A DNA stretch of 64,000 nucleotides, from positions 4,278,001 through 4,342,000 of the forward strand of contig OZ024746.1 in the NCBI GenBank assembly GCA_964016885.1, written 5' to 3'. Positions 28,543 through 41,843 of the stretch are shown one piece after another. Position 1 is the first letter of the stretch. Each line of letters starts with the position of its first letter. The notes beneath the pieces were generated by a model. That model was not told the DNA's origin, did not search any database, and worked only from the letters and a program-made list of their open reading frames with translations. Position numbers and translations under genes: made by a program. The DNA comes from Eledone cirrhosa. Lineage: Eukaryota.

Positions 28543-29622
28543 TTATTGTTCATTTAGCTTGGGTTTGAATTTATCAATAAAATTCTTTTCTTTGATTTTT
28601 CTCTTGATTTCATTTGGGCTGTGTAATTTGTAGAATGGGAATATTATAAATATTCCCTGACCACATGTTGCCAGGTGGCCGCTTAGGGGTATCTGACGGA
28701 CATTTGGGTCTCTGATTTGTTGACGGTGTACCCGTGCACGTTCCGATAGTGCATTTCCAGTTTGACCGACATATAGTTCTTCACAATTCGGGCATTTAAT
28801 GCAGTAAATTAGATTTCTGCTTTTGCAGTTCATATTTGCATTTGTGAATATTTTTCCAGTTTTTGTTTTCATATATTGACCGGCGTGTATGGATTGACAT
28901 GTGCCGCATCGATTATCATTGCATTTAGATACAGTGAATGATTGGTCTTTGTTGTTAAGGTCAAACTTTGCTTTTGTTAGCAATTGCTTCAAATTTTTTG
29001 GCTGTCTTTTACTAAGAGTCAAAGATCGATCTGTGATTAAGCCTTTTAATTCATTACTTTGAGCAATGATCGGTAGGTTTGCTTTGGCAGTGTTGAAGAT
29101 ATTCTGGTGACATGGGTTGTGTGTCATTATAAATGGTATGACCAGTTCTTGGTTTCTTCTTCTTTGGGTTGTTCTAAGTTGTTGTATAGGTATTTTTATA
29201 GCCCGCTGTATGCCATTTTCTATAAGTAGAGATGGGTATTTTTGTTTGAGCAAAAATTCTCTTAGTTCTGTTAGGCGTTTGTACCTGGTATTCGTATCTT
29301 CTACAATGGTACAAATTTTTCTGGCTAGGCAGTATGGGATGTTGCGTTTTGTATGAGGTGGATGGCACGACTTAAAATTCAGATATTGATGCGTGTCTGT
29401 GTGTTTATAATATATATCCGTGGTAATGGTGGTGTCGTTTTTGATTATCATTATATCTAGGAATGGTAATTTGGTCCTACTCATCTCTTTTGTGAATTGG
29501 AGAGATGGGTGTAGGTTATTCAGGAGGATATTGAACTCATCCAGAGTATCTAGAGATTCTGTCCAGATGATGAAACAGTCGTCAAGGTATCTCTTCCAAG
29601 ATTTTTCAATGTACTTTCTAAA
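28543..29622 (-). CDS. Partial PLE polyprotein: RT (motif 5 onward) + thumb + Cys linker + GIY-YIG endonuclease
   Basis: WKRYLDDCFIIW, LPFLD, YYKHT..YLNFKSCHP, CNDNRCGTC, NLIYCIKC..LYVGQT..R..H; the first ~45 aa of the listed 405-aa ORF are SINE-derived. Confidence 0.9.
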   Translation of the reverse strand, partial: FRKYIEKSWKRYLDDCFIIWTESLDTLDEFNILLNNLHPSLQFTKEMSRTKLPFLDIMIIKNDTTITTDIYYKHTDTHQYLNFKSCHPPHTKRNIPYCLARKICTIVEDTNTRYKRLTELREFLLKQKYPSLLIENGIQRAIKIPIQQLRTTQRRRNQELVIPFIMTHNPCHQNIFNTAKANLPIIAQSNELKGLITDRSLTLSKRQPKNLKQLLTKAKFDLNNKDQSFTVSKCNDNRCGTCQSIHAGQYMKTKTGKIFTNANMNCKSRNLIYCIKCPNCEELYVGQTGNALSERARVHRQQIRDPNVRQIPLSGHLATCGQGIFIIFPFYKLHSPNEIKRKIKEKNFIDKFKPKLNEQ

Positions 29623-29623
29623 G

Positions 29624-29800
29624 TCCTTACGGGGTCGATAAAATAAAGTACCAGTAATGTACTGGTACTTTATTTTATCGACCCCGTAAGGATGAAAGGC
29701 AAAGTTGACCTCGGCCGGGTTTGAACTCAGAATGGAAAGGGCCGTAACTCTATGCCCCAAAGCATGGTGTCCGACTCTCTACCGATACTGCCAATCCACC
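29624..29800 (-). mobile_element. SINE with a fold-back duplication at the PLE 5' junction
   Basis: Boxes A/B at ~29795-29720; perfect ~33-bp inverted arms 29624-29656/29660-29692. Confidence 0.85.
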
Positions 29801-29840
29801 GCCATATATATATATAGTAATAAGGAATAGGGAGACAGAA

Positions 29841-29899
<59 letters not shown>

Positions 29900-29973
29900 G
29901 TAAATTGGAAGAGGAACATAAGGATGATGATGGCAACATAGAAAACGCAACGACGATGATGATATGATTAAGA

Positions 29974-30478
29974 TGGAGGTGGTGGTGGTGGTGGTGGTGG
30001 TGGTAGAAGTGGTGGTGGTGTTAGTTGTGGAGGTGGTGGTGGTGGTAGAAGTGGTGGTGGTGTTAGTTGTGGAGGTGATGGTGGTGGTGTTAGTTGTGGA
30101 GGTGGTGGTGGTGGTAGAAGTGGTGGTGGTGTTAGTTGTGGAGGTGGTGGTTGTGGTGGAAGTGGTGGTGGTGTTAGTTGTGGAGGTGGTGGTGGTGGTG
30201 TTATTTGTGGTGGTGGTGGTGGTGGTGGTGGTGGTGGTAGAAGTGGTGGTGGTGTTGGTTGTGGAGGTGGTGGTGGTGGTGTTAGTTGTGGAGGTGGTGG
30301 TGTTAATTGTGGTGGTGGTGGTGGTGGTGGTGGTTTAGTTGTGGAGGTGGTGGTGGTGGTGTTAGTTGTGGTGGTGATGGTGGTGGTGGTAGTGGTGGTG
30401 GTGTTAGTTGTGGAGGTGGTGGTGATGTTGGTGGTGGTAGTGGTGGTGGTGTTAGTTGTGGAGGTGGTGGTGGTGGTA
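29974..30478. repeat. (GGT)n-based minisatellite
   Basis: Directly visible. Confidence 0.95.
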
Positions 30479-30841
30479 GAGCAAGGAAGCAGATAAGTCA
30501 TTGCAGTAATACAGAGCCGCTATGGAATAATAAAATGATGTATGTTAAGATCCACAAATTATTAATGAGTATAATATATCACCAAAAAGTCATTGCTCAC
30601 CACATATGATATATACAAGCATGGACACACGCACACACACACATACACACACGCACATACACACACATACACATACACACACACACACTCACATACACAC
30701 ACTCATGCACAAACACTCACATACTTACTCACCACACGTACCCACAAACATACGCGCACTTCCACACTTCCATACACTCAATTACACACGCATGCACACA
30801 TACATAAGCACTCGAACACGCTCGCTCGCACATATATGCAA

Positions 30842-30957
<116 letters not shown>

Positions 30958-32169
30958 GTCTGCTCAGCTCAGCTAGGAGCATAATATATATGCTAGGAGC
31001 ATTATATATATACATATATATATATATATAACACAGTGATGGGTCGGTTAGGCGACGGTTAGGCGGCGGTTAGACGGCGGTTAGCCGACGGCAGGTCGTG
31101 ATTGAGAAAGATTAAACCTTGATAAAACTGACAGCACTGGCGCTTCCAAATAACCAATGGAATATCATTTAAACATATAAAGCGCTGCATCAAAATAAAA
31201 CTTATACCACACAGCAGTGCTACTGAAGATGCCACAGGGAATATTAACCAATTCATAATCAATAATATTAATCTTCACCAAGTCTATGGAGCTGAAATTC
31301 TTTAGAGACATCTTAGCATGAGAGAGAAAATCGAGAGAAAACAGAATTTCTACGTAGATATTCTCTGGCTTGGTTTAGTATAGATTTAATATTAAGTAGC
31401 CGTCGTTTTCCATGGTTAATAATATAAATAGGAAATATATTGGATGCAGTCGACATCCTGATGTCATATTTTATGAGTTTATTGTTATCTAGGATCGCTG
31501 TACTTGGTATATTTCCTTGACAGTCATAATACAATGTAATTTAGTTGCTATGCTGACCGAATCTTCAGAACTGTTTTGTTAGAAAATTGAGAGGTCTCTG
31601 TAACGTTAAACGGATCAAAGAAGTATTATATTCTTGCTTAGAACGCTGGTCTAAAGAAGTTTCTTTTCTTTCTTTTCACATAATTTGAACTAAGTAATGC
31701 TCGCTAGCATAGCCCTGGTCAGCTTCATTGTGGATCATTTACTTTCAGAGTGAAATATAAACCTTATAGCACCTTTCAGCTGGACAGACTTGACCGTTGA
31801 TAGTGACATCTCAAGAGAGAAAGTCGTAACTCCTAAAATGTTGTGTCAACATATTTTATCAGTATAATATCATGCGACAATCTGGTGTAATCAGTACGAT
31901 TAGAATCGTGTTCTGGGATTGTGGAATCCATGACTTCTTTTCTATTCCCTTTTGAATTCATTTATCACAGATGATGTTAAGACAGTGAAACTCCACAAAC
32001 CTTCCTATACATTCTTCTCTGTTAAATCACTTTTATTTCTGTGGAACATTTATATATTTCAAGAATCCATCTTCCTATATGTATCACAAATATTGCAGAT
32101 TTGATATTCACTGCAATTGTGCTATACATATATTCTCGTAGTCTAGTCTCTTTAGACTTACGGCCAGAA

Positions 32170-32760
32170 TACTCAATTATCTCTCCCGATTGCCATTGTT
32201 TAGGTGGATTTGCAGAGATCCACTCGGCACACATGAGTCAGCCAGAGAATACCTTCTCTATTTAAGGTTTTTATCATCTTGCGCTGAATTTCATCATCCT
32301 CAGCGGCCTTGCCACATTTGAACTCTTTAATTGCTCTTATGACCTCTGACAGGTTAGTCATCGTTCTCGGATGCTCCTCATACACACTACAAGTTGCTGC
32401 TGTTACAGGGTTTAAGAGATCAGTAAAATATTCTCTCCATATCGTGAGGGTTCACCTCTCTGAAGAGAGAACACCAGGCGCTTTCTTGATAGCAGGTGTG
32501 GAGGAGGACTTTTTATTACGAAATGGGTTGATGGTCTACCATGAGACTTTATAGACTGACCTGAAATCAAATTCCACCTTAGCCCCAACTTTGGACGCCT
32601 TTCCTGTCTTTGCTGCGACGTTTCACACATGCTTGAACGGCAATTGCAAGAAGAGGACTTATTTCGAAGGTTTTAAGCATCTTTCTTTATACTATATTTT
32701 TTCGATATTAGAACGCAAAAATCTGGTGCTGCATTGCCACAGGTTCTTCTACTGTCCCTG
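32170..32760 (-). pseudogene. Degenerate RTE-clade LINE fragment (EN-RT linker and RT start)
   Basis: SEVIRAIKEFKCGKAAEDDEI..MIKTLNREGILWLTHVC..PKQWQSG.I. Confidence 0.7.
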
Positions 32761-33549
32761 CTATAGCAATATAAGTTACAAGCGATAGAACATCTATTTA
32801 GTCGACTGGCTTGAGAGAGTGGGAGGGAAAGTAACTTTCTAAGTTGACTCGAGACATAATCACGAGAGTAGCCAGCTTAACCCTGTCAGTAGTATCAATA
32901 AAATGGAAGCTACATGTTTAAACCGTTAAACCATGTAACACCAAACCCACAATTAGACAGCTAGAAACACTATACTAATACTTCATTCATTTAGCTAACT
33001 CCACACAAGCTGTGTTGACCGGACATGCACAACAACAATGACAATAACAACAACAATAACAATTGCAACAGCGACAAAAAAATAACGAAAACAACAGCTT
33101 AAAAAAAATAACGAAAACAATAGCTTAAAAAAATAGATTGAAAAATATGTTAAAAGAAATTTCAAGATGGTCAACTGGTTGACAGTTATGGTTATTATGC
33201 TTAAATGACTGTTTTGATAATAGTGTCAACATTTGAATATAACAATATCTTCTCATTAATGTTCAGATTAATAGTTGCAAACTATTCCAGAATATTCTCC
33301 TGTCTAGTTATGGTAAATCGCTGCATAATCACTAGATTTATTTCACTTGTTTCTTCCATCTATTGTATTTTATTATTGTCATTTCTTCACTGTTTATCAT
33401 CCTCTGTCGCCGGACAGTCTCACAGTATTTTTCTCCTCTCTTGAGACGTTCACAGATTTCACCAAGATGCTCTCTTATATTAGCCCCACCATCGCTCTGA
33501 CACAGCCACTGCACTTTATTTGTACTATGGCTATCAATGATGGGTGTAG

Positions 33550-34520
33550 AGGTGGCGGTGCTGGCCGTAGTGATGGTGGTGGTGGTAGTGGTAGCGGTGG
33601 TGGTGGCGGTGGTAGTGGTGGTGGTGGCAGTGGTGGTGGCCGTAGTGGTGGCAGTGGTGGTGGCTGTAGTGGTGGCAGTGGTGGTGGCCGTAGTGCTGGT
33701 GGTGGTGGTAGTGGTAGCGGTGGTGGTGGTGGTAGTGTTAGTGGTGGTAGAGGAAGTAGTGGTGGTGGTGGTGGTAGTAGTGGTGGTGGTGGTGTTAGTG
33801 GTGGTGGTGGTAGCGGTGGTAGTGGTGGTGGTGGTAGTGGTGGTGGTGGTAGTGATGGTGGTGGTAGTGGTGGTGTTGGTAGTGGTGGTGTTGGTAGTGG
33901 TGGTAGTGGTGGTGGTGGTAGTGGTAGTGGTGGTGGTGGTGGTGGTGGTAGTGGTAGTGGTGGTGGTGGTGGTAGTGGTGGTGGTGGTATGGTGGTGGTG
34001 GTGGTGGTGGTGGTGGTGGTGGTAGTGGTAGCGGTGGTAGTGGTGGTAGTGGTGGTGGTGGTAGTGGTAGTGGTGGTGGTGGTGGTAGTGGTGGTGGTGG
34101 TATGGTGGTGGTGGTGGTGGTGGTGGTGGTGGTGGTGGTGGTAGTGGTAGTGGTGGTAGTGGTGGTGGTGGTAGTGGTGGTGGTGGTGGTAGTGGTGGTG
34201 GTGGTAGTGGTGGTGGTGGTGGTAGCAGTGGTAGTAGTGGTGGTAGTGGTGGTGGTGATTATGACAAAAGTCCATTGACTGATAATTGTAGTCGTAATTA
34301 AAGTGGTAGTATCTAAGATGGTGACGGTGGGGGTGGAGATGATGGAACAACTGACCTGATTGTAGTAGTAGTAGTAGTAGTAGTGATGGTGGTGGTGGTG
34401 GTGGTGGTGGTGGTGGTGGTGGTAGTAGTAGTGGTAGTAGTAGTGGTCGTAGTAGTAGTAGTGATGGTGGTGGTGGTGGTGGTGGTGGTGGTGGTGGTGG
34501 TAGTAGTAGTAGTAGTAGTG

Positions 34521-34563
<43 letters not shown>

Positions 34564-34716
34564 CGAAGGTTATGACGGGGGCGAGGGTGGTGGTGAGAGT
34601 AGTAGTAGCAGTAGTTGTAGTAGTAGTAGTAGAGGTTATGACGGGGGCGAGGGTGGTTGTGATGTGTGGTGCTGGACGTTGGGTGATGGTTGCAAGAGTT
34701 GCAATTGTGGTAGTCA

Positions 34717-34757
<41 letters not shown>

Positions 34758-35185
34758 GTAGTAGTACAACGACGACGACGACGACGGTTACCACCACCAC
34801 CACCACTACCACTTCCACCACCACCACACCACCACCACCACACCACCACCACCACACCACCACCACACCACCACCACACCACCACCACACCACCACCACC
34901 ACCACTACCACTTCCACTTCCACCACCACACCACCACCACCACACCACCACCACACCACCACCACACCACCACCACCACCACCACCACTACCACTTCCAC
35001 CACCACCACACCACCACACCACCACCACCACCACCACCACCACCACCACACCACACCACCACCACCACCACACCACCACCAAACCACCACCACCACCACC
35101 ACCACCACCACACCACCACCACCACCACACCACCACCGCACCACCACCACCACCACACCACCACCACCACACCACCACCACCACC
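33550..35185. repeat. (GGT/AGT)n tract switching to the complementary (ACT/ACC)n at ~34716
   Basis: Directly visible. Confidence 0.95.
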
Positions 35186-35391
35186 ACATGCAACAACTGG
35201 AGGTCATTGGTTTCTTTTAATTGGGCCTTTGATTTACAATCATGTTAGGCCCCTACTTCTATTTTCTCTACATCTCATCTCAAGTATTTCTTCTCTAAGA
35301 ATATTATTTAACTCTTCTGATAACACAGGAAATGTGAGCCAATAACGACTCTTCCAACTTTCACTTAGAAGGTCCTTTTAAAACATTCCAG

Positions 35392-35835
35392 AATAATAAT
35401 AATGAAATTATTGTGTACAGTGCTCAGGTGCACTACAACTCATCAAAGTATAGTACATAGAATAATATACAAATGTCAGGGAAGTGAATAGTGTATGAGT
35501 CATGATATACATGTGTGCGTGTGTATGGTGGGGGTATATCAGGTGCAGTGTTGGCGAATCTCAGGCAGCATGGAGGTTTTATAGGATGCAGTGTCTCGAC
35601 AGCTAATAACTGATGCAGGGAGTTTGTTCCATGGAGGTTTTAAAGGATGCAGTGTCTTGACAGCTAACAACTGATGCAGGGAGTTTGTTCCATGGAGGTT
35701 TTAAAGGATGCAGTGTCTCGACAGCTAACAACTGATGCAGGGAGTTTGTTCCATGCTTCAGCAACTCTGAGCGTGAAAAAATGTTTCCGAAACTCATGGG
35801 AGCTGTACTGTTTTCTGACTTTGTTGGCATTCCCA
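35392..35835 (-). mobile_element. CR1-type LINE 3' end with (TTA)n tail and internal ~62-bp triplication
   Basis: FRKHFFTLRVAEAWNKLPASVVSCRDTASFKTS; CATGGAGGTTTTA.AGGATGCAG x3. Confidence 0.75.
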
Positions 35836-36625
35836 CGTGAGAAGGATGAGAAAAAATATTAGTTGTTGTAAAGAGTTGTATATTTAACTGCCGGTTCAAA
35901 TACATCTTTGCTTTATGTTTTAGCAACCCTGGAGTGGGGGAAATTTAAAGCCGTAAGCCCAGGGATAGAATTCACAAGTGTGAAACTAAATAGATCAGAG
36001 CCCTCCATTATCTGCTAACTTAATTACTTAAACATTCGTTTATATTGATATCTTATATTGGCAAAGGGAGACAAAAGAAGTCAAAATGTCATCGTGTCCT
36101 CAGTAACATACTCGACCCGTGAAAATGAATAAAATAGATTCGATCGCATATCGACGATTTGTCGGAGAGATCATGAGATTTTATCTTGCTTTATGGAGTT
36201 AGCAGTAACTTGAGAAAATATCAGAATACATAGAACAAGACATCAATATCCATTATTGTTAGAAGAGAAAAAACAGGAAATAAATACGACAACTTTGTGG
36301 CGATAATAAAAATGACCGCCATTTCTTTGTCAGATCAACGCCTATATGTTCATTAAGATATAACGAGAATTTATACCCGAATATTAATGCAAATCTCGTT
36401 TATTACGAAAACAGCCGTGTAATATATTGGTTAAGCCAATAGCATCTAATAATCATATTCTCGGATAATATGGAAGATTTAAGCAGGAAACTATTTCTCA
36501 AAGGTGCATTTGATATTATATGGCAGAATGTATGGTTTAAGCTTTTAATTCTGTAACACATGACTGGCAAAAGATTGTTGAAATATTTCTTCTTCTATGT
36601 ATATATGTATGTATATATGTATGTA

Positions 36626-36720
<95 letters not shown>

Positions 36721-36957
36721 CGGCGATGAATTAGTTTTGCGAGGTTTTTTATTTTTGAAATTATTTTTGAAAAGCATTTAGAAATGCGCAACCGGTAAAA
36801 ACTTAAAAACTTAAAACCACAATTGAATACTAACCCATACAATCACTAATACTCTTTTATTCCTAATTAAACCATTTTTCAACTGTGAACAATTTGTCAG
36901 CATTTTCTATTCCGTTTACCAATATATAATAACTTGTGTGTTACACCTCTATTCTTT

Positions 36958-37015
<58 letters not shown>

Positions 37016-37020
37016 TATAT

Positions 37021-37260
37021 AGTGAAAAATGGAACGGGAACAAAATAGAGAGGCAGTACGAACAAAGGTTTATTAGTTTCACGGTCTTGAGAGTGGGGTG
37101 GGGGTGGGGAACGACGTTTCGGGCATAAGCCCTTCTTCGGGAGAAAAGTGGGTGGGAAGAGCGTTCCGAGGGTGTGTAGGGGAGTGGAGGAGAGACATTT
37201 AGAAACGGGGAGGGGAAGGGAGGAAAAACGGTGGAGGGAGTACAAATAAAAAATAAATAA
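37021..37260 (-). mobile_element. PLE terminal-repeat fragment in (TA)n with a minimal HHR (37113-37140)
   Basis: CCGAAGA-A-GGGC-UUAU-GCCC-GAAA-CG-UC; PLE-type palindromic ACGU, U4C core change. Confidence 0.65.
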
Positions 37261-37292
37261 ATAAATAAATAAATATATATATATATATATAT

Positions 37293-37568
37293 ACATGTAA
37301 AGTTATATTTAAAATTGTTGGGTTACAACTAGTAAATATTTATAACTGATATAAAAGCACTCGACAAATATTTGGAGTATATTTACAATATTAAATAAAT
37401 GGAAAACTATATTTATAAAACCATATTTATTTCATTATATATATTTCAGGGATATCATATTAACAATATGCTATGCCTTCATCAGACAAAATACAATATA
37501 AACAGTTTTATAGATAAATAGATTCGACATACCGTAATAAACACCGACTTCATTTGAAGAGGTTTACG

Positions 37569-37570
<2 letters not shown>
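37293..37570 (-). mobile_element. Family D HHR element, copy 1
   Basis: 37293-37511 is the reverse complement of 38581-38806; CUGAUGA at 37485-37479. Confidence 0.8.
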
Positions 37571-37621
<51 letters not shown>

Positions 37622-37632
37622 TACATATATAA

Positions 37633-38289
<657 letters not shown>

Positions 38290-38452
38290 GTGATAAATAG
38301 ATAGATAGATATAATTGGTTTGTTGGGGAAAATCAGATAATGGCGTTAGACGAGACAGATTCTAAAGGTAGGAAGGATAGTAAAACTGAAAGACTAACGA
38401 AATGTAAGAAAAAAAAAAGAATATTTTTAATAATTATATATATATATATATA

Positions 38453-38935
<483 letters not shown>

Positions 38936-39611
38936 TGTGTGTGTGTGTATATAATGTATATATATATATATATTTATTCATTAGTTAAGCAAAACAAGAC
39001 CATAAATTTCACAAGGAAGACATTATTAAAAGATTGTCAACATATTTTAGTTTGATGTAAGGAATGTAGAGAATAATAATAATAATAATAATAATATTAA
39101 TAATAATAATGTCCGTTTACAATTGTTTCGCTACTCCATATAATATTTCTGGATCAAATGACTATATATCATTATTGATCTGGTTCAGTTGAAAATAATT
39201 AACATAATTAAAGATAGAGCGGCTCATCGGAACTTCAAAGTAATATAAATTAAAATATGGAAAGAATATTACATAATGTAGTGTTCCATATATTGGTATT
39301 TCACTATGGTGTCCTGGGTGTATCAATTGTCTGCCATAATCAAGCAGTATTCTTCTGTCGAGGCTGCATTGTGTGAGATCTGCCTATGGGTAATAAGATG
39401 GCCGCCAATGGACATGTTTACCTTACTAATTAGAGGGTGGTTTCAGGGGAGGTAACTCCTCGAGAGATTAGAAATTGTGGGTAGTTTATAGTTAAGTGCT
39501 AATTTTTTAATTTTTTAATTGAGAGGCAATGTAGGGGAGGTAACTTATAATTATCTAAGTTAGTTATAGCTATTTAACTTATTAGCTACAAGTAAAAATG
39601 GGGCTAGATGA

Positions 39612-40390
39612 CTATGTTGGGTCAAATATTCTGTTGGCGAAAGAATTACTCCTTCGATGTTGGCAGCTAATAGTTACCTCCGTTCTATCTTTAATCGGTA
39701 GAGGTCGTGATAGAGTTATGTAATATGCTTCGGTAATACAGAGATCACAAGATTTTCTTCGTCCATTGAACGGTCGGGCCCTAGCTAAGATATCCCATGT
39801 TAGTGAGTGTTCAATGTTGGTTAATTTAAGGTTTTTAATGAGCCTAGCTAGAGATGTCGAACATCTGTTGTTAAGGTCTCGGAAGGAAAAAGAGTGCGTG
39901 TTATAGCGTACCTTAAAAGGGTTGGAGGTACACTCGATATAGGAGCTGGTATTCGAAGCAGTTTTAACCGTGCACCTATAGACTATGTTGGGTGTCAGGC
40001 AGTGTCCATTTAGTGGGCATGCATTAGGGTAACGGCAGTTGCAGTTGCTTCTGCGGTTAGTGAGAGTAGGGTAGTTTAACCTAAGCGGTTGGTCAGTGTT
40101 AGAAGGATTAGATGGGGGAGGTGTGCTACTAGAGTAAGTATTGGTGTAGTGGCGTGATGTATTTGATAGGGGTGGTGGTACTGGGGTATGGGAGTTATAC
40201 TGTCTTAGTTTATGATGGTTACTGAATGCGATGTGGCTAGCTAGGTTAGGTGTTGTGGAGAATGAGATTTTAATGTTATATTTATTAAAGAGTTTGTAAT
40301 ATCTATGGTTGGGGGGAAGTGTTTAGATAGGATAGGGAAGAATCGTTTAGGGATATTAGTGGCTAGATTAGATGAGAATGGGGGGTGGCA
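39612..40390 (-). pseudogene. PLE C-terminal fragment (RT thumb/linker + GIY-YIG), Naiad-like; not in the ORF track
   Basis: Manual translation: PPFSSNLATNI..KHFPP/NHRYYKLFN..KISFS..CNCRYPNACPLNGHCLTPNIVYRCTV..YIECT..FKVRYNTH..W.IL.RA..CDLC..E..C.H; one frameshift ~40311, stop at 39614-39612. Confidence 0.85.
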
Positions 40391-40467
40391 AGCTAATTAG
40401 AACACTGGATTAACCCCTTTACTTCCCTCTGAAGAAGAGATATTATCTCGAAATATAAGGATATTCC
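40386..40467 (+). ncRNA. Minimal HHR-containing repeat (duplicated at 40735-40813)
   Basis: CCU-CUGAAGA-A-GAGAU-AUU-AUCUC-GAAA-UA-UA-AGG; core at 40429-40453. Confidence 0.65.
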
Positions 40468-40522
40468 ATCTCTCTCTTTAAGATTGGTTACTCTTGAACT
40501 GTGTATATATATATATATATAT

Positions 40523-40716
40523 ACTGAGTGTGTGTTGCTTGTTTACCGCCATCTCAGTATGCAGGTTGGAGCACTCGACGAAGTGCGCAGGTTGGTTTGT
40601 TTACTCCGGAGTAATGTAAAATAAAATGTGTAAGTCTAACATGTTAAAGCTGGCTTCGTTCTAATTAGAATAAACGAAGCCAGCTTTAATATGTTTGACG
40701 TACACATTTTATTTTA
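40523..40716. mobile_element. (TA)n-embedded short element with ~45-bp fold-back (40617-40716)
   Basis: AAAGCTGGCTTCGTT...AACGAAGCCAGCTTT arms; GCACTCGAC motif. Confidence 0.55.
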
Positions 40717-40734
40717 TATATATATATATATATT

Positions 40735-40813
40735 TGGCAAGCTAATTAACACTGGATTAACCCATTTACTTCCCTCTGAAGAAGAGATATTATCTCGAAA
40801 TATAAGGATATTC
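40735..40813 (+). ncRNA. Second copy of the minimal HHR repeat
   Basis: Core at 40776-40800. Confidence 0.65.
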
Positions 40814-40897
40814 AAATAAATTGTCAGCGATATCTTTTGAATTTGTATTTATATTCTATATCCATACCTGCATTGTTCTGACCTTCTAACTTCAAAC

Positions 40898-40999
<102 letters not shown>

Positions 41000-41135
41000 T
41001 TATTTATTTATTTATTTATTTATAAATGTTTTTTCTAGAAAATTGAAAATGTTTGATCTATTTTATTGTTTTGAAGATGTGGAGATATCTACTTGTTTTG
41101 CATCATTAATTGTATATTATCGTCTGTTATTGCAG

Positions 41136-41253
41136 GTATTGTCTTATCGCACCAGTGAACAATGAATCCACGGAAGAAGATTTAGCTGCGTTGTTGCATT
41201 CAGTTCCTACTTCTTGGGAAAAGCAGGTCACAAGCAAAACGAAAACAGAGTAG
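41136..41253 (+). CDS. Candidate terminal coding exon of an unknown gene
   Basis: Acceptor TCTGTTATTGCAG|G, then open frame YCLIAPVNNESTEEDLAALLHSVPTSWEKQVTSKTKTE*; no recognised homology. Confidence 0.25.
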
Positions 41254-41843
41254 ATAAGGCAATAGGAGAGTATTGGTATAGCTTATTGTACAGGGATATT
41301 GTGATGGAGTTATATAATTATATTATACTTAGATTTCAACATCGTTATCAAGTTCGTTTTGCTACCATGTTGTTCCATGATTTATCTCATCGAGTAGTAC
41401 AGTAGACAATTGTCTCCTATAACAGATACCTGTAATTGACTAATTTGTCCCTACTCACCACCATAGACGCTGAGCTGGCCAGCCGAGGTGTGAGCCTCGC
41501 GAGCTGGAATGGCTTTTCCACCGCGCCTCCCTTGCCGACCTCCGGGGAAACGCCTTCTCTATTCTGTCCGCCAGGGCTATGGAGAGGCCACCAGTATGAT
41601 TGACTGACTTGTCATTTTATCAGTGGGGTGGTTGGCTGGTGCTTTCCTTGGTTCGGCTCAGTGGTGGGTTGCTGGGATGGTAATTTAGTTTGTTGCTGGG
41701 CTGGAGAAGGTTAATCTGTTGTCATCATACCAATATCTTGTCAGTGGAATATTATAGACGAAAACTTAACATTGCCCAAGCAGAATCCCATAGTGTCATA
41801 CCACTTAGAGGTATTCACATTGATGACAACCTTTGATTGTTGA

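Larger units (their letters stand above)
27975..29622 (-). mobile_element. 5'-truncated Penelope-like element (Neptune-like), 3' end next to (TA)n
   Basis: RT + GIY-YIG ORF, downstream 3' region with a minimal HHR. Confidence 0.85.

Noticed and set aside
29623-29760. N-terminus of the 405-aa ORF as a real protein start
   Set aside because: It is SINE and hairpin sequence that is fortuitously in frame with the truncated PLE
31033-31095. GGTTAGGCGRC repeats as telomeric sequence
   Set aside because: 11-bp period and only ~5 copies; follows CAGTGATGGG, so more like hAT subterminal repeats
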